DNA of 63,660 nt, the filler included, from Klebsormidium nitens (Eukaryota; Plantae; Klebsormidiophyceae), in NCBI GenBank assembly GCA_000708835.1. It is 5 parts of 5 records of this genome, joined end to end, with 100 filler letters (N's around TTAATTAATTAA, not from the genome) between each part and the next. Parts side by side here need not be neighbours in the genome. Positions count along the whole stretch, not along the records: positions 1 to 10,924 come from DF238139.1; 4 more parts are not named here. The stretch is one strand, 5' to 3'. Numbering within the stretch: the stretch's first letter is position 1; every line of letters starts with the position of its first letter. The notes beneath the pieces were generated by a model. That model saw only the letters and a program-made list of their open reading frames with translations. It was not told where the DNA came from and searched no databases. This document shows, in pieces, positions 1-11,024 of this stretch. Both the position numbers and the translations under genes were made by a program.

Positions 1-744
1 TAAGTCCGAAAAATCCACTCTATACCGTATATCGACGGCTATCATCGAACCTACACAACATCGACGGTTATCGCCAAGTCGTACGGCTGTAACGCTGTAA
101 CCCGCGCGCATTTAACTGTGTAACCGTAACTACAAGTCATTGTCGAAGTACCGTTGATGTCGTGATCCTAAAACCCTAGAATCTTCCAAAGAATCGGTCC
201 TCTGAATGCCTGTATCTCAACAATTGTTCTCGATAATTTTCAATCATTGTTGATATTGCGCAAGACACAGAGCGGTCACCCTCTTACAAGAAGCCTCGAG
301 AAAGGGAGCGCACATGGGATTGGAAGCGTTCTGTACGGGCATGATTCAAAGTGGCTGAATTCTGATTGGGAAGTGTTTTATTTGTTGCGGGGCGAGGGGG
401 TAGACGAGAACCTTTTAAGCTCGAAACCGTCGTAAAGGGCGCGTGAAGGGACATGATATGTCATTAAGAAGTCGGAGTTGGACGATTCCAAGAATGCACT
501 TGACGTCGCCCAGGGCACAGAGGACAAAGGCTCTTGGCAACCCAGATTTGCGTGACTCTTTCGACGGCGGTCATGTCAAGGGGTATTGGATTTAGACTCG
601 GTCTTTGGAACCCCACGAGTATTGTCTCGGGGTCTCTCGAAAACCAGACAATCGACTGCCAAGGAAGGTGCTACGAGCACCGGGAGGGCACCTCCATGTT
701 GAAATCCTATGCCCATCTTCGGAGTCACGAGGGCCTCAACCACC

Positions 745-2060
745 TTCAAACACAAGCGCCTTTACAAAGAAACGCCCTAACTCTCACCAAGCATCTCTTG
801 ATCTGAACAGATTGGAGTAGACCTAGCTCAGGGATTGGACTTGACCATCACATCACAATAGCTCAGGTCAAATCCAAGCCCGTAGCTAGGTCTACTCCAA
901 CCTGGTATAGGTTTACTATCACCCTTAGATACGTGGATATAAAAATCGACGGCCTGCCTTCAATCCCTTTTACAACTACCATCGAACCGTCCACACAAAT
1001 CTTATCTTGATCTTTTGCGCTTATCTTTCCCAAGTTCTTAATCTCTTGAGTCTTTGTAAAAACTGCCCGGCCTTATAATCCACCACCTACTCGGTTTATT
1101 CCCTGTGCATCTGCCGAGCACAAAATCCCTTTTATCTTAATCCATAGCTCTAGCACTTATCTTCCTCTCCGTAAACCCGCCAAGCGTGTAATATTTTCCT
1201 TTAGATCTGCCGCGCACTTAACTTCTTTCGTGTAGATTCGCGAAGCTCTAAATCTCTTCCCACTTAATCAGCGATGCATTTGACTTCCTTTCTGTAGATC
1301 CGTTATGACCTCAATCTCTTTGATCTCAAACTTATGAAATTCAAACAGATTCTTTAAAATTTGACCGTTCAACAATCTTAATCTCAACACTTCAGAGCGC
1401 CCTTGGAGCCCATATTGAAGTTCATGGGGACACTAATTGGAAGCAGGGGTGCGGACAGCTAGGAGTTTGCCTGGAGGAGCTATAACGCACCAGGGCTTTG
1501 CCATGGGGCGCGGTTCAGCTCCCCTGGGGCGCCCAAGCCAGCCGAGTGTTGAGAAACGGCTTTGATTGACGGCCAAATTGTTGAGTTATGCTCGATAGAT
1601 TTGGGCCGTAGGATCGTGAGTTTTTGTCGTGTATTATCGACCGTGCGATTGTGGTTCGTGTTGTGTAATATCGACCGTAGAATAAGAGGTTTGAGTCGTT
1701 GAGTATCGACCGTCGGATATTGTGTTGACTCGGATTGTGGATCGTTGAATGTGAGTCGAATCGAGCAGTATAGTACCCCGACCACTAGTAGTACCTTAAT
1801 ACCGACCACTAGTAGTATAGTGCCCCGGTCACAGGTCCGAGTGGAATATAGGCCGTATTATGAGTGGTACTAGTGACCGGTTGATGGAAAGGAGTTCATA
1901 TACTTGAACCGACCAGTGGGTGGTGGAAGAAGACCCGACCTAGGCTAGACTACATCTAGCTACGGGATTGGAGTGACTTTGGACTGTTGTCATGTGATGG
2001 TATTCATTCTAAGAGATGCTTGAGGGGAAAAAGGCGCTTCTTTGTGAAGGCGCTTATGTG
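745..2060. repeat. Two degenerate, oppositely oriented copies (~745-900 and ~1900-2060) of an LTR-like repeat family that also occurs at 9.4-10.9 kb
   Basis: The reverse complement of 2005-2060 (cacataagcgccttcacaaagaagcgcc...caagcatctctt) aligns with 748-800 (cacaagcgcctttacaaagaaacgcc...caagcatctctt). The 2003-2060 text cattctaagaga...tgtgaag(g)cgctt recurs near 9715-9770. Confidence 0.6.
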
Positions 2061-2860
2061 TAAGGGTGATTAGACCCTAGCTTGTGACAAGCATGAGTGG
2101 ATGATTTCAATACCGAGGCCCGAGCGCCAGTGCCCGGCAAAGTAAGTTCCCAAGTATTTTCGGGCGGAATCTGGGTTCATTCGAGCCGAATTTGTGCATA
2201 TATCGGTCTTTTGCATGGGCTGCTCAAGACGTTTGTCTACGGTATTTGAAGCAGTCGGGCGCACGGCAATCGGGTGCGTGACAAAAGTGTCTGATGCGAG
2301 AAAGTGCTCGAGTCGACGCATCAAAAGATGCAAAAGCGAGCGGCGGCCGGTCAAGCACCAAACAATTCCGGAGACAAATGCAAGCTGACGCAAAGCATCC
2401 GGGGCAGGCTGGTAAGAGGTATATGCAGGCGGAAAACGCAGAAAGGTGTGCTAATGCCAAGCGGAAAGGGTCCGAAAAGTCGAAAGACGAGCTTTACAAC
2501 CTGATAACTCGGTTACTTGGCGCAACAGAAGGTTGACGAGAAGGCCAGCCGGCCCGGTCGTGTTTTGTGCGAGAAGTGATCCTAAACAGAGATGACTCGA
2601 TTGTTATCGTTGCTTGGAACTGGTGAGTTCTTCCACCCGGCTCAAAATCTTTATTTGAACGTTTAAGGCTGATTATGCTTGTTGTGATTGTCTCTTTGGC
2701 GCCGATTTTGCTCACAGCTGATGTAGAGACGGTATAAAATTGCAACGTCGGTTGCCTTTTTAAGTCGAGAGGAGTCGAGAAAACGGTGAAAACCGTCGAT
2801 GGGGTCTGAAGAAATTCGACCTTTTTATTGTGACAAGTATTGCCAATAAAGCTACTCAAC

Positions 2861-2907
2861 TAGGGTTTTAGGGTTTTAGGGTACCTAAAACCCTTAAACC
2901 CTAAAAT
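2861..2907. repeat. Short interstitial telomere-like repeat, (TTTTAGGG)n abutting (CCCTAAAA)n
   Basis: The sequence reads tagggttttagggttttaggg-ta-cctaaaacccttaaaccctaaaa. Confidence 0.6.
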
Positions 2908-3302
2908 CATTTGTGGGTGTCTACTCCTTTCTCTAGTCAACATTTGGCTGCCTAGGTGTTGAATGCAACTTAGCCTTTCCCCCCTCTTCGTGCCTCCTCA
3001 AATGCTCCACGGCTCTTCTAGTCATACAATTTGTTCAATGATTTTAAAGCTTTGCCCCGTCAGTTGAACGTCTTGAGGGCCTGTTTTCTAAAACGCTTCT
3101 CGACACGCTTGCTACAAGCTTCTCCGGCTTGGTGTCCTTGTGAAAACAAACGACGGCCCATACGATCTATCGAATTGCAAGTGATCGAGCGACTTTGAAA
3201 GCATTTCTTCTGTCACCTCCTACTCACTCGAAACCCGCTGTTGAAAGGGGATCCGGTTTTCACTAGAGAAGCGGCTCTTATGTTAAATCAGCGAGGCGAC
3301 CC

Positions 3303-4578
3303 CACGGGGCAGTTATGGTGGTTTTTCGCCCGGCGGAAAATCGCGGCACAATCCGGGCAGAAATCGTGGACATATCGCGCGAAATAGTACTCGGCCGTGC
3401 ACGGTGTCACCGCCGGTAGTGCGCCCCGAATTTTGATGCGGCGCGCAGAATCGCCGGGAAATCGGGGCAGATATTGGCCGATTTAGCTCCGGCTCCGGCA
3501 TTTGCACTCTGTAGGAAAAATGCTTCGAACCGAGTGTCAAAAGCTTCCGCCCTTGTAATCTTCAAGCATGAATACCCGTAGGGTTACCGAAGTACGACAA
3601 ACACTCCACTTTTCGAAAGGAGTTCGTGGCAATTCAGCCGGACGACACCGCCCCAAGGCTGCAAGTACCGTACTGTCTGATACCTGTATCCTGTACTGGG
3701 TCTACCTGCGGTACCCAACACTAAAGGTAAAATGTAGGTACCGGTACCTCTCCGGCCCGGCTCAGTGCCTACTACTTACCCTAGTAGGTACGGTACCTGG
3801 AACCTTAGCTACCTACCTACCCGGGTACCTACCTAGTAGGCAGTAGGTACCGTGGGTACCTATCCTAGGCACTAGCTACTACGGCAGGTTCCTACTTCGC
3901 TAGGTACCTGGTGGTACCGTATCCAGCTTGGACCTCGGTACGGTACCCCTAGGTACGTAGAGCGGAGTACCGGTACAGGTTGTAACCCGTCGCGAATCAT
4001 CGGGCGTTCATTTAGTATATGGACCGACTCAATCAATGTCCCGGGACTAATATACCATGGGTACAAGGCTTGCGATGCATACCCGCTTGGGACCCCCCCT
4101 CTGGCCTAGTGGAATGTGCCCCCATCTTTGGAAATGGAAGTGTAGTGTCAGTCGATCATCTTCCCACGAAATTGAAGAAGCATGGTGGTGAGCACCAAGC
4201 CACCATGAAATAGAAATGGCTCAACTTCACAGCAAAAGCTTAGGAGAATGCTTTACAAAGCTTCTGCATGTGTTGTTAACATCATCTTGGGCCTACTGCA
4301 TGAGTTTCCCACAGACATGTCTCTTAAATCTGCAGTTTTAATAGCCATTTGTAAAGGCCTTTTTTAGGGCTAAAATGCAACAATTAGAAAATTTTGGGGG
4401 CAAATGTGAAATTTTTCGCAGGAATATCCTCGGAAGTACCCATTGAGGTCCTACACATCCCCCGTGTTTCGCTAGCGGAACTTTTCGACACCGTACGGAT
4501 ATGCTACGTCGCGCGCCCGAAATAAATTGGTCTGCGGCAAATTTCCGCCGGGCGAAAAAGCACCGTAACTGTCCCGTG
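3303..4578. mobile_element. Non-autonomous TIR DNA transposon with CAC termini (CACTA/CMC-like), 1276 bp
   Basis: 37-bp TIRs at 3303-3339 (cacggggcagttatggtggtttttcgcccggcggaaa) and 4542-4578 match at 34/37. CCC flanks both ends, consistent with a 3-bp TSD. The interior has a GGTAC/GTACC-rich low-complexity tract (~3660-3980) and no credible ORF. Confidence 0.75.
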
Positions 4579-5149
4579 CCCACAACTTGTGTTCTTGAAG
4601 GCCGTTCTCGTCTTTTGATCGCGAAGGATATGGTGCTGGCCAAGTGGACAGTGGGGCTTCAAGTTTGGCAACAGCAATGGAGAACGCATTAAACTATCCT
4701 TCTCATGGAATGACGGAACCATGTTGGCAAAAACGGTCGCAAAAAATCCCGAAAGACGTGCAGAGCTCAATGGGAGGAAGTTTGAAGACAGGTTCGGAAG
4801 AATGTCGTAGGAAATGAGGAGGCGGGCGTGCGTCTGAGGCATCAAGCGAACAAGCGGAGTCCATGATTGATGAGTTGATGCCGACTTGATCATTGAGCTC
4901 CAGAAGTAACTTTGACTTTGAAAGAAGAAGATGCATAACAAGAGCTACCTGCTTGACATTCGTATCAAGTGCATGAGGTTCAAAAGCTGAATTTCATGAT
5001 AAATCATATGCAAACTCTCTGTAACAACTTGCGGCTCGTCACTGAGCGTCAAATTTGCATACTCGAGCTTGATAATGGACGCACGTAAATGTCGATTCGA
5101 CCCATGCATTGACCACTAGGTTAGGTACAAGACGCACAAGTGTTAAATC

Positions 5150-5470
5150 TTTTATCGCGCTCCCACTCGGGCTACGTACTGGCGCCAGTGTAGCCCGAGT
5201 AACAGCGCGATAAAACTTGACAAAGTGTGGGAACCGGATGACGTCGGAATGACGTCACCGGACGGCCGAGTTGGCCGGGCAGACCTGGGTTCGAGTCCCA
5301 GTGTGGGGGTGGTTTTTCGGCTGACTGCGAACTAAGGTTGCCAATGGGCGTAAAGAGACCTGAGGACAGGAGATAGCGCGCAGTTATTGAGGGGTCGCAA
5401 TGTGGCGAGCCACTCGGGCTACACTAGCGCCAATGTAGCCCGAGTGGCAACGCGATAAAACTTAATAAAA
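5150..5470 (+). repeat. Small element bounded by two direct ~60-bp hairpin-forming repeats, with an internal Pol III B-box-like motif
   Basis: actcgggctac...gtagcccgagt stems lie at 5150-5215 and ~5409-5447, each followed by ...cgcgataaaactt. Between them is ggttcgagtcc, which matches the tRNA T-loop/B-box consensus GGTTCGANNCC. Confidence 0.6.
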
Positions 5471-6829
5471 AGTTCTTTCGAAAAGCGCGAAGATTCTATA
5501 ACCGCAAAAACCAATTTTGGAGCCCTAGGTTAACATCTTTGGTCTTTTGGATGCCATTCTCGCTTTGGCTCTTTGCATTGAAGATGTAGCCCTTTAATCT
5601 CGTTTGGGTGGCAACTTTGAGCATCGTAGACGGTGTTCTAAGGTACGGTACTTGCTCTTTTAGCACTTGCTTAACGCACGTGTCAAGAACCTTTTCAAAG
5701 TGTTGGCATGCAAGTGTCGCCGCAATTATTCGTTAAGGAGCTGACTGGATGGGCACCGGGGCAAGTGGGATGATATTCCGGACGAGACGATCGATATGAT
5801 GTACAGTCGGGATATTCCCCGGATATTCAAAGCACACATCGGGCCGTGGCTCATGCGGCCGGTGATAAGCAGGTGGATCATGATATGGTGGAAATGGTGG
5901 GCGTCCGAAAGGAGGTGTGCCACGACCAGGTCGAGACCTTTGTTCGAGAAACTCACCAACAAGATGCCCCTTACACGGTGAAGGATGCGTATTCACACCT
6001 GCTCTGGTATCCTTTCGAGTAGGGGCGGCAACCATCTCGAGTTCCGCCATTGCTTATTGAGTTGCAACACCTTATCGGTCTTGACAGGCGCATTGGTGGA
6101 GCTTCTCTCCGGATCCCTGGTGCCGATCGCAACACTCGTTGCTTTTACGCGAGCATGGCTATTTGCTCGGAGCTGCCTTGGCCCCAAAGTCTCTCAAAGA
6201 ATCTCAAAGCGACGACCGCCCCAACAGTCCGCCCGGTTGGGGTTTCGAGGAAAGGGGGTTGCGGTTTCGCAGACCGCATCAAACGAGGACGCGCAAATCT
6301 GGCTATGGCTGAAGGAGGAGGGTTTACAAGTGATGGAGAAGTATTTTGCGAGGGGAATGTGCGAGCTTCGAGCACGCTTTGCACCTGACGAGGAACGCCA
6401 AGGGGCTTGCGGACTGCGGGGATAGCGGTGGCCGGCCTGTCTTTACGTCCTGGCCGTGCTTATTGCAATTGGGCAGGATGTATGTGAGCTAAAAGACCTC
6501 TATAACACGGCTCAAACCGAGCGTGACAACGTGAAACGGACGTGCCGCCAAAACATCTACGGGGTTCGGGCGAATACGCAAAGCACCAAGGGGAAGGGGG
6601 CGGCATCGGAGGGCCATAAAGCAAGCGCGTTTGCATGGACGATTGAACGACAACGCGAGCGACTTCATTAATCGACCACCTGTGCCGCCTGCGCAGCCGT
6701 TCGGACAAATATTTCGAGCAAACGCCCGGTGGTCACATTGGACGAGCGACCCCTTCCGGGCCCTTTGACGAAGCGAAAGAGGAGGACCCTCGGCTCCAGC
6801 TTAAGACCCTGTGCACTCTTGCGGTCACT

Positions 6830-7500
6830 AGGGCCAACTCTGGGCAGCTACCGTCTTTCATTCTATTGCAAGACCCTCTTGTGAAAATGGAGCCACGGGT
6901 GGTTCGCCGACGAAAAAGCGTGGAAGAAGTTGAAGGACAACTTTGATAAGAGGAGCAACGCGCGCATGATGCAGCTTACAAGGAAGCTGATGGGTCTAAG
7001 GTTGACCAATAGGAGAGCCACTGAAAAGTACTTAGGGGATTCGGAGAGCTCAAGCTAAAATTGGAAGCGCCGGGACAAACCGACTTGGAGGGTGAGTTGG
7101 CCCTAAACGCCTTGGAAGGTTTGTCGGAGGAGTATGCTGCTTTTGTGGAAGTTTTGGAGCTCGAAGAGGAAGAGCTTACTTTAGATGAGATCATGCAAAA
7201 GCTAATGCAAAGAGAGGAGAAACCAAAGTTGAGGGTGAAACGGGGGTCCTTGAAGGGGACTTCGAATGGGAATGAAGCGGTGGCGTATGCCGCCAATTAA
7301 AGGATAACTCGAGCTCAAAGAAGAGCCGAGGAAGCTCGAACGAGCTGGGAAGAAGCTCGGAGGTGAGAGGCGGGAGCTCAAACCCGCCAACATGCTATAC
7401 TTGGCGCAACGTGGGCCACATAAGATCAAAGAGCATATTGCGCGATGCTGAATTCTGCAAAGTGCGGCAAAAGGGACCACACTAAGGCCGTGTGTAGGCA
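6830..7500 (+). pseudogene. Degenerate Ty1/copia gag (UBN2/Retrotran_gag_2-like region plus two decayed CCHC knuckles)
   Basis: Broken frames read KKAWKKLKDNFDKRSNARMMQLTRKLMGLRL and LEGLSEEYAAFVEVLELEEEELTLDEIMQKLMQREE. Knuckle remnants are CYTWRNVGHIRSKS (~7393) and SAKCGKRDHTKAVC (~7454). Multiple frameshifts and stops are present. Confidence 0.75.
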
Positions 7501-7959
7501 ATGCGTGTTGGAAGCAAGCGCCTTTCAAGTGCACAACTACTAGGAATGAGTGGGGTTATTTTAACATGTGAGTCAAGTCTTAGAGCCTAGCTCAAGCCTA
7601 GCTATTACCCTATGTGTTTCAATCGACGAATCGACGGTCCCTATTCGACGTTGCGTACAAATGAAGCAATCGAACGCCTACACCGAAATACACATCATTG
7701 AAGAACCCATGCACAAGGACTCAATCCTACGGCTTACTTTACGCACATCCTACGGTGGATATTCAATCATGCAAGCTCACAATCGTACGGCCGACCTTAT
7801 GCATCAAACCTACGATTCTATGGACGATATATCATAGGATATTAGGGCGTACTCAAGGCTAGTACCGCGCCCAAATCTAACAGTGCGCACGCGCAAGTTG
7901 CCGCGCCGGGGATAGAGACTTGGCAAAGAATGCAGACGGAGTAGCCTTTACGGCATAAG

Positions 7960-8340
7960 AAGACAACGGTGGTGTGCGCAAAGGGGAGTGGATTGTTTAC
8001 ACGGGCAGCACCTAGCACGTCACGGCCGATTGGAGCCAATTCACGAGCTACCAAACGCTTCTGCATGGCGAGAAGATCGTGGGGATCTATGGTAAGTCCC
8101 TGATTGCGGTGCGAATCGGAGAAGTGGAGCTTAGGTGTCAAACCGCAAGCAGTGTGAGCATGGTAAGGTTGAAGGAGGTCCGGCAAGCTCCGAGTGCACA
8201 AGCGAATTTTTGCTTTGGCGAGAGTAACCGATCCGAGAGCACGAGTGGTGCCCAAGGGAAGGACCACGGAGATCGAAACGGACGGTGTGGTCCGCGTTGA
8301 GGCAATCAAGCGTGGAGGACTGAGGGAGATTGAGACCGAG
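7960..8340 (+). pseudogene. Degenerate Ty1/copia aspartic protease region
   Basis: WIVYTGST*H at ~7989 corresponds to the copia W-x-x-D-S/T-G-x-x-x-H motif. It is followed by IGEVELR...LKEVRQAPSAQANF, matching the copia L-x-x-V-x-x-x-P-x-x-x-x-N-L pattern. No integrase or RT follows. Confidence 0.65.
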
Positions 8341-9279
8341 GGGAAGCGGAGAGCGTTCCTCGTGAGGGTCCCGTCAAGAAGGCTCGGGTGTGCGCCACTG
8401 CAAAGAGGCCGGTAAGGGCGGAAAGCGTGGTAAAACGAACGGTGAAGGTCGTGGAGATCGACCTAGACGAGTCGGACGACAAGAATGGGGGCGTCGAACG
8501 AGAGGGAGAAACTTTTGTGAGGGCGGACGAGAACACGCACAGAGCTTCACAAATAGTCGGAAATGGGGCGGGGTTTGAAGTGACTTGTCAGAAGCATGTG
8601 GATGGTCTTCGTTCCATCTAGATGTACTAGAAATGACCGTACAATTGAGTACTCACTGTGTACATTTGGCTTGACTTGAAGTGCGGGCGAACTCACATTG
8701 TGTGGCGTAGCATAAGAGATGTGAACATCGGCTACCGTGCATTAATTTCAACCCATAACAAGAGCAACAAAATAGGAAAATGCATGGGGGAAGAGTCGAA
8801 CCCTGAGCTATTGGTTGGTAATCTCATGTTCGACGTCATTCGTACAAATATACTTACTTTGGTTTACGAGTTGTGGCTGAGGAAACATATACCATTTTTG
8901 TTTGTTATGGTCGCGCTTCGCGTGTCGAACGTTGATTTTTAGACGGTATTTAAAAGACACCATAAGCGGATGGTACGCTCCACTAGTTTTCTATGGTATG
9001 AAAGCAGCCGATTGTACCTTCTGGTCTTCCTAAATAGCCTCCTCTTGTGAGAATCTTCAAGTCCGAGGTTGCTCGGCACAAGGGCCTTCAATTTGCTTTT
9101 GTACGTACTCGACTTTTTTTCCTTCAAAAATGAAAGTTTGCGTAGAGGATTTCATGCCCGATTCATATTTCCCCTTTTCTAACCCTCAAAAAGCGGAAAG
9201 GCGACACCCGCCCGAGCCCCTATGCCTTTTCCTCTTTGGGCCTCTGTTTCATTGCATTGAAAGGATCAATAATCAAGCA

Positions 9280-10924
9280 TGTTGAAACTCAATTGGAGGT
9301 ATTCGTGGTGTGATTGTTTACTCGTCATCGGATTTGATTACGTTGCCTTGCACCGTGCTCATCACTCGTTGATGGCAGCAATGCATCCTGTTAGAATTCG
9401 GTGATTGTGGTCAGCCGAATTACTGTGATTAGGGTTCGGCCCGAGTTAGGGTTTGGACTAGTGATCGCCGACGTGCGTGTACGGCGGTTGGACGGTTTAA
9501 CCGTTAGGCGGTTTGGAGGTTAGGCGGTTGAGAGCGGCCGTCAGTGTTAGCCGTAGATGAGGATATCGAAGGCTAAGATTGAGTGTGACTGTGAGCTACG
9601 CTAGTGAGCCTAGTAGTGTGTGACTTAGGCTAGTGAGCCTAGTAGGTTATTGAGCCTAGTGGAACGGGAGAGACCCGTGAGACATATGGTGGTGGAAACC
9701 ACTATTGTGATTCATCATTCTAAGAGAAGTTTGTGGAGAGAAGGAAGCCGCTTGTGAAGCGCTTCGTGTGTTCCTCTTAGGATGCATGGCTGCCAGCAAT
9801 GAGTGATCTGCATGGATGCCGGGCAACATGATAAGACCCAATGACGAGTAACCTCAACTACACTACGACTCCCTACCATGAGTTTCAACACCTCCTAAGA
9901 GGAACACACGAAACATTCCAAGCGCTTTCCTTCTCCCAACAAACTTCTCTTAAAATGATGTGTCACGATAGTTGATTCCACCACTTCAAGTCTTACGGGT
10001 CTCCGCCGTTCCACTAAGCTCACTAGCCTACTAGCTCACTAGCCATTATCATACACTACTAGGCTCACTAGCCTAGCTCACTATCATACTCAATCTGAGA
10101 CTTCGATCTTCTTATTTACGGCATACACTAACGGTCCTCTCAATTCGTTTAACGGTCTAACCATCTAACCGCTGTGCACTCACGTTGGCGGTCACTATCT
10201 CAAATTACAATTCGGGTCGAACCCAAATCACACAATTCTTTCGCTAATTGTAATCACTGAATTCTAACACCCCACTCAAACAAATTATTCTAAGCCTCTA
10301 ATCCGTCATGTTCCTCTTGCAAGACATCGTCTTCCGCTTTGGTGTCACCCACACGCCTCCACTTTCCCCATCTTGACTGTTCGGGTAGCAGACCGCGTCG
10401 CTCTTTTTCGGCGACGTCTTCTCTACTCCGTGCTCCACCTCTTCGGCTCTCACCGCTTCCATCGATACTCCCACATTTGCCCGATATACTCGACGGTCTC
10501 CCGTCGCACTCTCGCGAGATATCTTTCCAAAATCCAACTGGAAAATCTTGGCACAGCTCTCAGAGAAGCACGAACCCTAAAACCCTAGAAATTGCTAATT
10601 TTGACCATTTTGGCGTCTCCGGTGGTAAAATTTGCCCACCGCGCGAATTCGACTTTACGACGTTGCGGTGCGTCGGGCGGGCCTAGTTGCGTTGTGAATC
10701 ACCTTGTTAGAATCCGGTGATTATGGTCAGCCGGATTACTCCGTGATTAGGGTTCGGACCGAATTAGGGTTTGAACTAGTGAGCGCCGGCGTGCGTGCAC
10801 AGCGGTTAGGCGGTTAACCTTAAGGTTCGGCGGTTGAGAGGGCTGCCGATATGGAGCCGTAGATGAGGATATCGATGGCTATGATTGAGTGTGAGTGTGA
10901 TCTAGGCTAGTGAGCCTAGTAGTG
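9280..10924. mobile_element. Cluster of LTR-like segments arranged A-B-rc(A)-rc(B), plus a third partial B copy at 10705-10924 cut by a gap
   Basis: A = 9280-9388 (tgttgaaactca...atgcatcc); B = 9389-9779 (tgttagaattc...cctcttag); rc(A) = 9780-9890; rc(B) = 9891-10269. The copy at 10705 starts tgttagaatcc. TG starts are typical of LTRs. Confidence 0.65.
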
Positions 10925-11024
10925 NNNNNNNNNNNNNNNNNNNNNNNNNNNNNNNNNNNNNNNNNNNNTTAATTAATTAANNNNNNNNNNNNNNNNNNNN
11001 NNNNNNNNNNNNNNNNNNNNNNNN
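10925..11024. other. Assembly spacer gap (N44-TTAATTAATTAA-N44); identical spacers at 26704-26803, 40229-40328 and 51400-51499; plain N gaps at 36491-36570 and 55002-55578
   Basis: The 100-base structure is identical four times, and the 12-mer gives stop codons in all six frames. Confidence 0.95.

Noticed and set aside
5255-5310. tRNA gene
   Set aside because: Only a T-loop/B-box is present. There is no acceptor stem or anticodon arm, and the A-B spacing is too short.
5726-6790. Cluster of short GC-rich ORFs upstream of the copia gag
   Set aside because: No recognisable domain in any frame. It is probably decayed TE sequence and is left unannotated.
10969-10980. TTAATTAATTAA palindromes inside N runs (four places)
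   Set aside because: This is an artificial scaffolding linker. ORFs that end or start in it, and adjacency across these gaps, are not biological evidence.
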